Sequence record: LC727695.1
DNA length: 64,000 nt
Strand: one strand, 5' to 3'
Shown one piece after another: positions 1 through 10,712 of this stretch. Position numbers and translations under genes: made by a program. How positions within the stretch are numbered: the stretch's first letter is position 1; every line of letters begins with the position of its first letter. The notes beneath the pieces were generated by a model. The model did not search any database. It had not been told where the DNA came from and was given only the letters and a program-made list of their open reading frames with translations.

Positions 1-1984
1 CCATTTCACGTAATTGATCAGTTTTACCAGCATTGGTTAAACGCTCAATTTCTTTAATAGGGTCACGTGAGAAGTTTCTAACGTCTAAGAATAATGTAGA
101 TATTTCTTGACGCCTAGCAAAGTTTTCATTAGTGCTTGCCATCCTACCATCAGCACCAATATTGTATTGCCGTTTAATATATTCCGTTAATTCTTTAATC
201 GTCTCACCGGACACTTTAGAACGATCATACCCACCAGCACGAGCATATGCTTCGGGATCAAAACGTTTATTCATATTGGCATCACGAATTAAACGTTCAG
301 TTAGTGCTTTCCTAGCATCTATTGATAGTTCTTTATTTGGGTCAAATGCTTCAAGAACATCGGTAAGAGCACCACTTACACCACGTACAGTAGAACGACT
401 AACTAGACGACGTTCTGTGTTTGCAGCTGAATCCTCTACAGACATGAATGAACCAGTTGAGAGATCAAACACTTCACGTGTAATATCATCACGACCAGTC
501 CGGATCATTCTTGTTTCTTGTAGTAACCTAGATAGATATCCAGGAATAGCTTCAACTATAGTACGTTGTGTTAGTTGATTAAAGCCACTGTCCTGACCAA
601 TTGTTTGATAGGAGCCAGTCTTTAATCGATCTTGTAATGTGAACTGTGGAACAAATGGAGCCATAATGTCACGAAGAATACCACGAGCACCATAAGTGTT
701 TTGGTAGTTATTCATGTATTCTTGTGTCCAGGCAGGGAAGTTATCAAGTAAATAAGATGCTTGATTATGTCGACCACCTAGATAGTTATTTGAAAAACGT
801 TCCACACCAGGACGAACCATTCTACCTAATACAGGTATAACTGAATTCCTTGTCCAATCACCAAGATAAGAGCCAGCGAATTGACCGGCTATATTGTATC
901 TATTCTCCCATGCATCTGCGCCAAACATGCTTCCAGCACGAGCTGCATCAGCAAAGTTACGGATATTTTCATTTGCAAAGCGAGTAGCATTATTAGTTAC
1001 GGCTGATCCAAAATTACCTAAGAAATTTGGTAATGTTTGAATGGCGTTGTCAACAAAACTACTCGATACCCGTTGAGCCGCATTAAAGCCAACAAGATCC
1101 TTCATTGATGACTTTTTATGATCGGGGATCCCTGTGTTTCTAACAAGTGCTGCAAAACCATTATTTAATAATTCCATGGTAGCTTCGGTTTGCTGTGCAA
1201 TTTTCCGAAGATGTAACATAGAACGAAATTGGATTTCTAATCCTTTCTTTTGAATACTGTAATTAACTTGTTCATTATAACTAGCTAATTTAGATAAATT
1301 ATCAACTGTTTGACCCATAGCCTTAGCCATCCAGTCAAATCTATCAGCCGATACTTTATCACGTATTCCACGTTCAGCTTGTCCAATAGCGAATCGTTTA
1401 ACTTCGCCTTGTTCAGCTTTTATAGCTAAATCCCGTTGAACAAGAGTTACTTGATCTATAGCAGATTTAAGTTCATCCTCGTCACGTTCAGCTTCCATGC
1501 GACGACGGATTTCTTTATAATTTCTATTTGAATCTTCAGCGTACTTATAGTTTTCGATTTGACTTTCTAATCGATTATTAAGTCTGTCAAAAACAGAAGC
1601 TGGAACTTTATCTTTTAACTTAACTGCTAAATCTTGTGCTTCTCTTGTTAAAAAGAGTAAATCACTAGCACTCGTACGTTCTACAGAATCTTTGACATCC
1701 CGGATAGTTGACATCGTATCTTCATATACACCGAACATACGTGAAAAGCCATCTGGTGCCGCAGACCGCATGAATGCTTTTAAAGCTTGTTGTGGTTTAA
1801 CAGAGTCAAAGAGTCCTTGTTTAATACCATTAAAAAATTCAGTGACAGGTGATCCCTTTTTAGCTTTTGGCGTATCGCCAAAAATATCATCGACATCACT
1901 TAAGTCAAGAATATTACCAGCCTGCCCTAATGTTGTACCGGTTGCACCAGTTTGACCTTTGGGCAATGTTACCTTCTTGGCCAT
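1..1984 (-). CDS. gp181: Tail tape-measure-like / lytic transglycosylase virion protein, N-terminal 661 codons; runs off the window edge
   Basis: Read manually: ATG at 1984 with GGAG RBS (ctcc 1991-1994). Frame [30 protein letters not shown]... is open to position 2. Absent from the ORF track because no stop lies in the window. Divergent from the RNAP beta-prime gene as in phiKZ. Confidence 0.85.
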   Translation of the reverse strand, partial: MAKKVTLPKGQTGATGTTLGQAGNILDLSDVDDIFGDTPKAKKGSPVTEFFNGIKQGLFDSVKPQQALKAFMRSAAPDGFSRMFGVYEDTMSTIRDVKDSVERTSASDLLFLTREAQDLAVKLKDKVPASVFDRLNNRLESQIENYKYAEDSNRNYKEIRRRMEAERDEDELKSAIDQVTLVQRDLAIKAEQGEVKRFAIGQAERGIRDKVSADRFDWMAKAMGQTVDNLSKLASYNEQVNYSIQKKGLEIQFRSMLHLRKIAQQTEATMELLNNGFAALVRNTGIPDHKKSSMKDLVGFNAAQRVSSSFVDNAIQTLPNFLGNFGSAVTNNATRFANENIRNFADAARAGSMFGADAWENRYNIAGQFAGSYLGDWTRNSVIPVLGRMVRPGVERFSNNYLGGRHNQASYLLDNFPAWTQEYMNNYQNTYGARGILRDIMAPFVPQFTLQDRLKTGSYQTIGQDSGFNQLTQRTIVEAIPGYLSRLLQETRMIRTGRDDITREVFDLSTGSFMSVEDSAANTERRLVSRSTVRGVSGALTDVLEAFDPNKELSIDARKALTERLIRDANMNKRFDPEAYARAGGYDRSKVSGETIKELTEYIKRQYNIGADGRMASTNENFARRQEISTLFLDVRNFSRDPIKEIERLTNAGKTDQLREM

Positions 1985-2059
1985 ATTAAACTCCATTGAC
2001 GATTAGTAAAGTATCATATCGTTGTTTAACTTAGTATTACCAAAATAGGAAAATAGAAA

Positions 2060-3715
2060 ATGAAGAAGGCATTAGTTCCTTTTAATATTTCTTTACTTAT
2101 TCCTACTAAAGAACAATTAAAGTTCTTAGGTCAAGTAAAGAGTCATGAGATATTTGAAGGTTTAGGTGGTAACTTTCATGAAGATGGTTTGTTCTCTGTT
2201 TCCATTTTTGGAAGAGTTGGATCAACTGATCGTGAGAGTTTATTTGGATATATCCATTTAGGTTTAGAACTTATCCATCCAGTTGTATATCGAAACTTAA
2301 TTAAATTAAAAGCTTTCTATGAAGAAATTATTCTTGGTAAGGCATTTGCAGTATTTGATGAATCTATTAAAGATTTTATCCGCGCTGATGAACTAACTGG
2401 TAAAACTGGTTATACATTCTTTTTTGATAACTGGAAACGAATTGACTTTGGGACCACTAAGTCAGGGATTCGGCTATCAAGGTTACAATTAATCGAAAAA
2501 TATAAAGATAACTGTATTTTTAAAGACATGATTGTAACACCTGCTGCTTATCGTGATGCAGAGATTGATGAGAATAATCGTGTTGAGATGGATGAGGTCA
2601 ATGAACATTATAGATATCTATTAAATCAGTCGTTTGGTGTACCTGACAGTTTTGGACCAAACGATGACTTGAGTATCTATGATCGCAAACGAGTAGCGAT
2701 GCAAAATACAGTATTAGCTATTTATGAACATTATGAAAGGTTATTAGCAGGTAGTAAACGAGGTTATATCCAATCTAAATGGGCATCCCGTCGTATTGCC
2801 AATGGTACCCGTAACGTCATTAGTTCGCTAGATACTAATGCGGCTGATCTTGATTCACCTAATCGACCAACATTCAAAGATGCTGTAGTTGGCTTACATC
2901 AAGCAGCTCGTTCTGTTGCACCACGTACAATCTTTGCACTAAGGCAAGGTGTAGTTGGTGAAGTGTTTGATACAGTTACTAACACTGTACAGCTCATCAA
3001 TAAGAAAACACTACGCTTAGAATGGGTTGATATCTCTAACGAAGATATGGATCTATGGGGAACTCCTGAAGGGCAAGAACAAATCATCAATGAGTTAGAT
3101 GTCATTGAAAAACGTTCACGTGCAATTGAAATTGCTGATCATTATCTAGCCCTTATTTACGTTGATGATAAACAGAATTTTAAAATATTCCGCAACATCG
3201 ATGAGTTACCTACTAATCTAAATAAGAAATTTGTTAGACCTATTACTTATGCCGAATTAGTTTACCTTAGTGGATTAAGTATGTGGCGAACAAACTCAGC
3301 GTTTGTTACACGATATCCTGTAGAAAACTACAATAGCTCTATCCCCTGTAAGATGTATGTTAAAACAACCGTAGTGGGTGAATTACGTTATCCGTTAAAT
3401 GATCAATGGGAACGTGGTGATACGTTGGAACCAGCCTTAGAATTCCCTGTGTTTGAATTAAATAAACCAGCCCAGTGGCATGACTCAGTATCCATCTCTC
3501 CTTCTATTCTCGCGCCATTGGGGGCGGATTTCGACGGGGACACTGTATCATTTAACGCAGTTTATTCAGAGGAAGCTATCGCTGAAACAGATGCTTTCTT
3601 TAAGAAACGTATTGCATATATACATGCCGATGGTCGACTGGCATTTAGTGTTGGTGTCCATACACTCAATTTAACTCTTCGGTACATGACTGGGGAACCC
3701 AAACAAAGGGATTAA
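2060..3715 (+). CDS. gp180: Virion RNA polymerase beta-prime subunit fragment carrying the catalytic motif
   Basis: 551 aa with LGADFDGDTVS (DxDGD Mg-binding motif), RxP-type TRYP motif and SRRIANGTRNVISS; AGGA RBS. Confidence 0.9.
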   Translation: MKKALVPFNISLLIPTKEQLKFLGQVKSHEIFEGLGGNFHEDGLFSVSIFGRVGSTDRESLFGYIHLGLELIHPVVYRNLIKLKAFYEEIILGKAFAVFDESIKDFIRADELTGKTGYTFFFDNWKRIDFGTTKSGIRLSRLQLIEKYKDNCIFKDMIVTPAAYRDAEIDENNRVEMDEVNEHYRYLLNQSFGVPDSFGPNDDLSIYDRKRVAMQNTVLAIYEHYERLLAGSKRGYIQSKWASRRIANGTRNVISSLDTNAADLDSPNRPTFKDAVVGLHQAARSVAPRTIFALRQGVVGEVFDTVTNTVQLINKKTLRLEWVDISNEDMDLWGTPEGQEQIINELDVIEKRSRAIEIADHYLALIYVDDKQNFKIFRNIDELPTNLNKKFVRPITYAELVYLSGLSMWRTNSAFVTRYPVENYNSSIPCKMYVKTTVVGELRYPLNDQWERGDTLEPALEFPVFELNKPAQWHDSVSISPSILAPLGADFDGDTVSFNAVYSEEAIAETDAFFKKRIAYIHADGRLAFSVGVHTLNLTLRYMTGEPKQRD

Positions 3716-3717
3716 TC

Positions 3718-6700
3718 ATGCGCTTAAATATTACACAGTTTCTGAAAAATTATAGTGTACGCGAATATGCTAAACTTCAGTCACCTAAGTTGCATGCTCT
3801 AAATAAACTTGATCTACCTTTCGAATCCATTTATCAGTTCTTCGATGGTAATAATGCAGTAATGGGTCCTAGTCAAACAGACCCATTATTCTCCAAACAT
3901 CAAGGTAAAGTATATATTGAGCATGTTACTGATATGCTTACATTTGAAGGTAATCCACGTAGGACTTCAAATATCCCAGCAACAATGATTCAAGAGTTTC
4001 GCCGCCAGAACCGTTTCTTTAAACCTTTACGCAGTGATACCGGTTTTAAATTATCAAACCAGAACATTCTGGTAATGAATTATAATTTAATTAACCCTCA
4101 ATGGAATTATATGGCTTCTTATAAAGCTACATGGTTCCGTTGGTCAAATGACATGCGTACATTCTGGAGTGGCGTAGCGGCTGCATGTGAACGTTTTCCT
4201 GGTTGGAACCAGTTCATTGATGTACACTTACCTGAGTTAGTTCCACCTCCTTCTTCTTTTAATAAACTACGAGGGGGTTTGACTCAAGATCTAGCTAATC
4301 AATTCAATACACCTGATATTCTAAATATATTTGATTTAGTTCGCTGGGTTTCTGATGATCGTGAAAGTTCTTTCATGAATGTCATCGATGCTAAGTATTA
4401 CGGTAACATTAATCTTTTATTCCGTGTACAAAGTTCATTCTTTGTTATTAACTTAGGGATGCTTGATCAATGGCGTCGTGATCCAGAAATTAAAGATGAT
4501 AAAGGTTATGATACCCAGCAAATAGCTAGGCGCCTTATTTCACTAGTATCAGCGATGGTTGAATATAACCAAGGTAATACTTCATTAATTAAAGAAGATA
4601 CGCCTATCTTTAATGAAGATATTATTGTTGATGAAGAAACTCCGGTTAGTTATGAAGAAGGTGAAGCAGAAGAGGTTGAGGATGTTGAGTCTAATAACGT
4701 TGAAGAAGAAGTAACTGAAGTTGATGTTATTGATGATGTTCAATTTGACCCAACCAACTTAACTAACTTAATTGATATTGGCGCAATTGAGGTAACATAT
4801 ACCCCACCACCAGAAAGTGATCTTGAGGTAACAAAGCTTATCATTGAAAAAGATCCACTGGAATCTTCACCTTCTCGCCAAATTAAAGAAGAGAAGGAAC
4901 TCATTGTAACAGATGTACCAGAAGATGAGTTATTCATCAATACTGAAGTTGATGAAGAAGATAAACTAATCGATGCCATTAGAGCTAAAGCATACGACAT
5001 GTATCGCGTGAATATGATTTCTGCGAATACATTCGAGCAAGCTCAAGAAGATTCGATTATGTATCGTCGTCTACCTGATCCATTTACCGATCCTAATGAT
5101 GAATCAGTAGAACCTATGACGATCGCTGAGGCGATGGAATATCATCCAGATGATCTTAAGATTCCAGAAGACACCACTTTTGAAGATAAGCCAACCATTG
5201 TTGATAAATCAATGTTGGGTAGTAAGTTAAAAGCCATCCAACGCAAATACAACAAGGTCTTATTAAAGAAAGATATTTTAAACAGTGTGTTATCTGTTCA
5301 GAAACAAGGCGTATCAGTAACTAATTACAAAATTGAAACTGTACGCGATTCTGGTAACCATTACCAAATCCACAAAGTTACATTAAAGCCTATTCGTGGT
5401 AGAAGTTCACAAGTAATGTTCCGTATCCCTGTCATTGATAATGACGGTAGGTTCATGTCTAATGGGGTAACATATCGCCAACGTTTACAACGTGCTGATA
5501 TTCCAATTCGTAAAGTTAATCCACGTAAAGTTGCATTGACCTCTTATTATAATAAGACCTTTGTGACCAGATCTGAACGTGCTGAAAACAACTTTGATAA
5601 TTGGTTAATCAGAGCGATTACCAACCGTGCATTAGATGGAAGTGATATGTCTGTACATTCAGTTACCTATGCTGAATTAGATCAATCCAACTATGTTCTA
5701 CCAAGGGTGTACACTACTTTAGGAACAGCTTTTAAAGGCTTCCATAATCACCGTAATGTGTTCTATTTTAATTTCAAAGATCGTAATGAATTCTTTGCAA
5801 AACAAGGATTACATATCGAAGATTATGAAACTGATGATTTGATAATGGTGGGGTTCAATGGCACTGATGCTATCTTGTTAGATAAGAATTCCATCTTTTA
5901 CATGAAAACAGGTAATGAGCTAGAACCTATTGGTACCATTACAGATATACTTGGCTTAGATCTAACCAAAGCGCCGTTAGAAGCTATTCTAATGTCAATT
6001 GGTGGTAAAGAGCTACCATTAGGTTTCATTTTAGCATATCACCATGGCTTAAACAATCTACTTAAGAAGTTGAATGTTAATTATCAGCGTCATCAGCGTG
6101 GCACCAGGATTGTTGTCAATAGTACGGATTATACATTAGCGTTCGCTGATGAGATCCTAGTATTTGATCGAGCTGATTATAAAGCAATGCTTGTATTAAG
6201 TGGACTCAAGCGTTATCATAAATCACTGCGGCGTTATTCTGTTTATGATTTCAATAAACGAGATGTTTACTTCAGGGTTCTTGAAGAAGCTGGATTAAGT
6301 AATAGATTTACACGTGATATTGATACACTCTTCTCAGCATGGGTCGATCCAATCACTGAGGGTCTACTCAAGGAGATGGGTGAACCAACTACTTTTGAAG
6401 GATTGCTTTATCGGTCTGTCGAGTTATTAACGAACGACTGGAGTCCAGCAGAAGTAGATGGTGCATATATGCGCTATCGTGGTTATGAGCGCATGGCAGG
6501 GGCTATTTTTAATGAACTCAATAGAGCGGTACGTGTATTTAATATGCGTAATGGTGGGTCAGTGCAAACTGTCGAGTTAGATCCACACGTGATCTGGCGC
6601 AAGATTGTACAAGATCCGACAGTAGCCACTATTGAAGATTCTAACCCCATTGCAAATATCCGTGAACAAGAAGCGATGACTTATCGTGGAGATGGTGGAC

Positions 6701-8073
6701 GCGGTCCAACTTCAATGGTTGCACGTACACGTATTTACGGTGAAGCGGATGTTGGTGTGGTTAGTGAATCAACTGTGGACTCAGGTGACGTTGGTGTTAT
6801 TGCTTACTTAGTACCTGATGCTAACTTTGTAAACATGCGTGGTGTTACGCGTATGTTTGATCCAAAGACAGATGGGCCAGCTAGACTACTCTCAACTAGT
6901 GCACTGCTTGGTGTTGCAACCGAACATGATGACCCTAAGCGAATTAACTTTATCTCAATTCAGCAGCAGCAAGGTATTTATGCTGATGGGTATACAGTTA
7001 CACCAGTTCGTACAGGCTATGAACAAATCATAGCCCAAAGGACTAGTTCTATCTTTGCTGTAGCAGCAGAACAAGATGGTGAGGTTGTAGCTATTGATGA
7101 ATATGGTATCCAAGTTAAATATGCCGATGGTAATGTATTTGGATATCAATTAGGTACAGTTCATGGCACAGCAGCTGGTGTTAACTATCCACACATTCTT
7201 GTTACCTCATTAAAGAAAGGTGATAAGTTTAAACGTGGAGATACTATCACATATAACAAACGTTATTTCTCTGAAGATAGGTATACGCCTGGGCAAGTAT
7301 TATGGAAAGCCGGTTGTATGGCTGTTGTAGCATTTGATGATAACCTTGACACTTTAGAAGACGGTTCAGTTATTTCTGAAGACCTAGCTAAAAGGTTAAA
7401 TACTCAAACAACTGCAATCAAGAATATCGATGTTAGGTTTGATCAGACTATTCGAGATATGGTGAAAGTTGGGGATCATGTCGACTTAAATTCAATTCTA
7501 TGTATAATTGAAGATCCTGAAACAGCTGCTCACTCACTATATGACGAGGCATCTATTGAGACATTACGCAAACTATCAGCATATTCGCCACGTGCTAAGC
7601 TCGTAGGTACAGTATCAAAGATTGAATGCTTCTATCATGGTGAAATAGACGATATGACACCAAGTTTACAAGCATTAGCTAATACGTCAGATAAACAACG
7701 CGCTGAACGAGCTAAATCATTGAAAGAACCTACTTTCACTGGACAAGTAGATGCTAACTATCGAGTGAAAGGACGAGCCTTAGAATATGACCACATGATT
7801 ATTCGAGTGTATATCGATCATGATATCCCATGTGGTGTTGGAGATAAAGGCGTAGTAGCTAACCAGATGAAAACGGTATTCTCCCGTGTAATGACTGGAC
7901 GTAATGAAACTGAAGATGGCCGTAATATTGATCTACTATTCGGTAATACATCGGTAGAAGAACGAATGGTTCTATCTCCTAAAATCATTGCTACAACAAC
8001 TGGTATCTTGTGGGCAGCTGGAAAACATCTTGTAGCTGTATATAGAGGAAACACTAATGCAAAAGCTAAGTAA
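3718..8073 (+). CDS. gp178: Virion RNA polymerase beta subunit, large N-terminal/middle part
   Basis: 1451 aa with beta motifs DTLEDGSVISE, VGDKGVVANQMK, DLLFG and HDDPKRINF; acidic insert at about residues 300-450. Confidence 0.9.
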   Translation: MRLNITQFLKNYSVREYAKLQSPKLHALNKLDLPFESIYQFFDGNNAVMGPSQTDPLFSKHQGKVYIEHVTDMLTFEGNPRRTSNIPATMIQEFRRQNRFFKPLRSDTGFKLSNQNILVMNYNLINPQWNYMASYKATWFRWSNDMRTFWSGVAAACERFPGWNQFIDVHLPELVPPPSSFNKLRGGLTQDLANQFNTPDILNIFDLVRWVSDDRESSFMNVIDAKYYGNINLLFRVQSSFFVINLGMLDQWRRDPEIKDDKGYDTQQIARRLISLVSAMVEYNQGNTSLIKEDTPIFNEDIIVDEETPVSYEEGEAEEVEDVESNNVEEEVTEVDVIDDVQFDPTNLTNLIDIGAIEVTYTPPPESDLEVTKLIIEKDPLESSPSRQIKEEKELIVTDVPEDELFINTEVDEEDKLIDAIRAKAYDMYRVNMISANTFEQAQEDSIMYRRLPDPFTDPNDESVEPMTIAEAMEYHPDDLKIPEDTTFEDKPTIVDKSMLGSKLKAIQRKYNKVLLKKDILNSVLSVQKQGVSVTNYKIETVRDSGNHYQIHKVTLKPIRGRSSQVMFRIPVIDNDGRFMSNGVTYRQRLQRADIPIRKVNPRKVALTSYYNKTFVTRSERAENNFDNWLIRAITNRALDGSDMSVHSVTYAELDQSNYVLPRVYTTLGTAFKGFHNHRNVFYFNFKDRNEFFAKQGLHIEDYETDDLIMVGFNGTDAILLDKNSIFYMKTGNELEPIGTITDILGLDLTKAPLEAILMSIGGKELPLGFILAYHHGLNNLLKKLNVNYQRHQRGTRIVVNSTDYTLAFADEILVFDRADYKAMLVLSGLKRYHKSLRRYSVYDFNKRDVYFRVLEEAGLSNRFTRDIDTLFSAWVDPITEGLLKEMGEPTTFEGLLYRSVELLTNDWSPAEVDGAYMRYRGYERMAGAIFNELNRAVRVFNMRNGGSVQTVELDPHVIWRKIVQDPTVATIEDSNPIANIREQEAMTYRGDGGRGPTSMVARTRIYGEADVGVVSESTVDSGDVGVIAYLVPDANFVNMRGVTRMFDPKTDGPARLLSTSALLGVATEHDDPKRINFISIQQQQGIYADGYTVTPVRTGYEQIIAQRTSSIFAVAAEQDGEVVAIDEYGIQVKYADGNVFGYQLGTVHGTAAGVNYPHILVTSLKKGDKFKRGDTITYNKRYFSEDRYTPGQVLWKAGCMAVVAFDDNLDTLEDGSVISEDLAKRLNTQTTAIKNIDVRFDQTIRDMVKVGDHVDLNSILCIIEDPETAAHSLYDEASIETLRKLSAYSPRAKLVGTVSKIECFYHGEIDDMTPSLQALANTSDKQRAERAKSLKEPTFTGQVDANYRVKGRALEYDHMIIRVYIDHDIPCGVGDKGVVANQMKTVFSRVMTGRNETEDGRNIDLLFGNTSVEERMVLSPKIIATTTGILWAAGKHLVAVYRGNTNAKAK

Positions 8074-8254
8074 TAATGTAGCACATGGTCAGAACATTGC
8101 TGTTCTTCATGCTGCTGTTAAACTAGGTACTCAAGCAATTCTACAATCGCTTGGTGGCACCACCAGCTCCCCATCTCTGAATGGGGAGTTTTTAACTGAG
8201 GCTGATATTGCAGCAGCTTTAAACGCTCGCTTAATGAAGAACCTCAATATCTAA
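8057..8254 (+). CDS. Small hypothetical protein (65 aa)
   Basis: GAGG RBS at about 8044-8047; overlaps the end of the beta gene; fills the gap before the next gene. Confidence 0.6.
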   Translation: MQKLSNNVAHGQNIAVLHAAVKLGTQAILQSLGGTTSSPSLNGEFLTEADIAAALNARLMKNLNI

Positions 8255-8265
8255 GGAGTGTTAAA

Positions 8266-9825
8266 ATGTTCTGTAAAGAAACCCAAGCTGCGATTGTTGG
8301 CTCAGCACGTAGTCTAACTGAGGATAACCTTGTTCTAGTTATCCCTAATGAAACATATCCCCTTGCGGTCTTTGCAGATGGTTTCAGTGTAGATGGCAAC
8401 TCTAATAAAGTTGCCCTCTCTGAAGAGCTGGAAGCATCTGTAGAAGAGTTCTTCGAGGAAGCTAACCAAGAGCAACCTGTTAGTGTAGAAGAAGAGCAAG
8501 AAGCTCTGATTGCACATGTCTGCTCATCATTACAAAAGATCCAATTCAATACGCAGAATGTTATTTGCCCTGCAATTGAATATATGGTACGTGTTTTTAA
8601 TGAGCGTCAAAGCATTAGTTGTCAACCAGATGTAAGCGCTACATTCTACCACTATAATGCAGTTCATAGTGATCCCCGCTTAACTGCACACGTTAGTACA
8701 CGATACAATAATTTACAGCCGCTACCTGAGTATCGTACCTTTATTCTAGAATCAATTGATGCTAATGAAATTATTCGGTTAGTGTCAATGGGTAATCCGC
8801 ATCTAGATCAAACTGAAGTTGAAGAATGGCTACTATCTATTCCTAATAGTGCCGCTGTTATTGAAGGTGTGTGGAATTCTATCTTCAATGATGGTCGTCT
8901 TCTCATTCCAGGTGAACTTGAATATGTTGTGGGTAGGTCCTTCCCATTCACTGTTGATTCACTAGCTCTGGCTTACATGATTTGCGGTCACTACATCGAT
9001 AACCCGGTTGAAGTTATTGGCGAGAGTGATGTTGACCTAGAAACATGGTCACTAACTATTCGTAAACTACATGAGATGTTTGGATTCTATCTCAAGCGTG
9101 CTTATGAACGTCGTCAAGCTGATCGTGATGCAGGTCTACTCATCCTAGCCTCAGAAGCTAATAATGTAGTTGCTAATTCTCGTTGCAAAGTAATCATTAA
9201 TGGTGATGTTGCACCTCAATTTGAATTAGCCGGTGGTGACATCCAAGCTATCCTTGGTGCAGCTGTAGCAGGTAGTAATAACATTTACCTAGAACAGATT
9301 CTTAATAACTCAGAACAGTTTATTCAACGTTGGCTATCAGTATATCCGCTGATTAAACAATCGGCTATGGATAAAGGTTTACGTAAACTACGCAATGACA
9401 TTCATGAATCATTTATGGATGGTGTCATTAATACTGAACTTAAAGATCGCCATGTTAATGAACTCGAATATCGTATTAAAGAAGCAATGAGTACGATGAC
9501 GACTGAAGATCTTAAGAATCCTTATATCACCTTTGGTAAACTTATCTGTAAAACATTCTTTACAGAAAATGTTTACTGGCAATATCTGCTAGCAGTTGAT
9601 GAATTTAGTCAAATGTATCCTGAGGCCACTCTACGTGAACTCAATACACAATCACTAATTTCACTAATGGCAGCATGGCTGTCTCAACAGATTAAAGTTG
9701 AGCGGTTCACTGGTGTTGTTGATCCTTATGCAAAACTACCAGTAAAAGAAGTTATTGAAACTGTAGAAGATGATAGCACTGAAACTTTAGATAATGTTGA
9801 AATCGAAGAAGAAGTTTCTAATTAA
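8266..9825 (+). CDS. Virion head protein (gp177-like), 519 aa
   Basis: AGGAG RBS; acidic N- and C-terminal segments with S/A-x-E sites; synteny between RNAP beta and the protease. Confidence 0.7.
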   Translation: MFCKETQAAIVGSARSLTEDNLVLVIPNETYPLAVFADGFSVDGNSNKVALSEELEASVEEFFEEANQEQPVSVEEEQEALIAHVCSSLQKIQFNTQNVICPAIEYMVRVFNERQSISCQPDVSATFYHYNAVHSDPRLTAHVSTRYNNLQPLPEYRTFILESIDANEIIRLVSMGNPHLDQTEVEEWLLSIPNSAAVIEGVWNSIFNDGRLLIPGELEYVVGRSFPFTVDSLALAYMICGHYIDNPVEVIGESDVDLETWSLTIRKLHEMFGFYLKRAYERRQADRDAGLLILASEANNVVANSRCKVIINGDVAPQFELAGGDIQAILGAAVAGSNNIYLEQILNNSEQFIQRWLSVYPLIKQSAMDKGLRKLRNDIHESFMDGVINTELKDRHVNELEYRIKEAMSTMTTEDLKNPYITFGKLICKTFFTENVYWQYLLAVDEFSQMYPEATLRELNTQSLISLMAAWLSQQIKVERFTGVVDPYAKLPVKEVIETVEDDSTETLDNVEIEEEVSN

Positions 9826-9871
9826 ATTATCTTAATGGTTAATAATCATTAAAACATGCAATCGATGATAA

Positions 9872-9899
9872 ACTCCGGTATTTGGAAGGATACCGGAGT
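9872..9899. terminator. Stem-loop, possible terminator or RNA processing site
   Basis: actccggtat-ttggaagg-ataccggagt, a 10-bp perfect stem in an intergenic gap. Confidence 0.5.
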
Positions 9900-9972
9900 A
9901 ATACAGCGAATATTTAAAGGTGCATGATTTTGATTAAGTATTTTAATCTTTACATAAATGAACAATTAGGAC

Positions 9973-10701
9973 ATGATAATGGACGTACGTTCTCTTCGAC
10001 GGGATCCAGAACGGGTCCACAGTCATCTAACTGATTTAGAAGATAATTCAGTAGTAACTAATGCCCCATGTAAAATACAGATTCCAGAAAGATTTACAGG
10101 AAGACATCTAGCTGTTATTGGTAGTGAAGTATTCACTATTGGTATATTTCCTATTATTTTTAATGATGAATATTACGCAGTAAATAATACCATTGCAATG
10201 ATGCGGATAAATCCAATCTCTACTGAACGCGTCCACATCAATGGTGAAGTTTATCTAGAATTTCATTTTGATAAAGGTAGTAAGATTTTCCAGAATACTT
10301 ACTTAGTTGTTAATGATACATTAACTTACTATGTCTATGATGAGTTAATTAACAAAGGAAACTTCCCTTGGTATATTAACTATTATGACAAAGCCAAATT
10401 ATTTGAGACAGCTAATTTACACGCTGGTGTTAACCTTGGTGGATGGCCTACATTACAACTTATTATTTCAACCACTCAGCGTGCCTCGGATGATATATCA
10501 CAACTATATCGACATGTGTTAACTAGACACAGTGATATCGTGGATAATCCACCAGTCGACGTACCATTCCGTTCAGTTATCTGGAATACTTCAGACACAA
10601 CATCAAAACTCAATGGGGCTTATTTTGATCAAGGTATCACATCAGCACTTGTTAACCCATCTGAGTCAGTAGAGCTTATTGAAGAACTCCTCAGGACCTA
10701 A
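9973..10701 (+). CDS. gp176-like protein, probable C-terminal beta-prime fragment of the virion RNAP
   Basis: 242 aa. LQLIISTTQR and SDTTSKLNGAYFDQGITSAL resemble the beta-prime C-terminal region. Position matches the fifth vRNAP subunit described in SPN3US (recall). Confidence 0.6.
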   Translation: MIMDVRSLRRDPERVHSHLTDLEDNSVVTNAPCKIQIPERFTGRHLAVIGSEVFTIGIFPIIFNDEYYAVNNTIAMMRINPISTERVHINGEVYLEFHFDKGSKIFQNTYLVVNDTLTYYVYDELINKGNFPWYINYYDKAKLFETANLHAGVNLGGWPTLQLIISTTQRASDDISQLYRHVLTRHSDIVDNPPVDVPFRSVIWNTSDTTSKLNGAYFDQGITSALVNPSESVELIEELLRT

Positions 10702-10712
10702 GGAGTTGCGTT

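Noticed and set aside
132-1955. + strand ORFs of 148 aa and 87 aa
   Set aside because: They are antisense shadows of the long - strand gp181-like frame, with no RBS or protein-like features.
2015-2018. Individual TATG late-promoter candidates upstream of structural genes (e.g. 2015, 43584, 55438)
   Set aside because: A 4-nt motif cannot be assigned without transcription start data.
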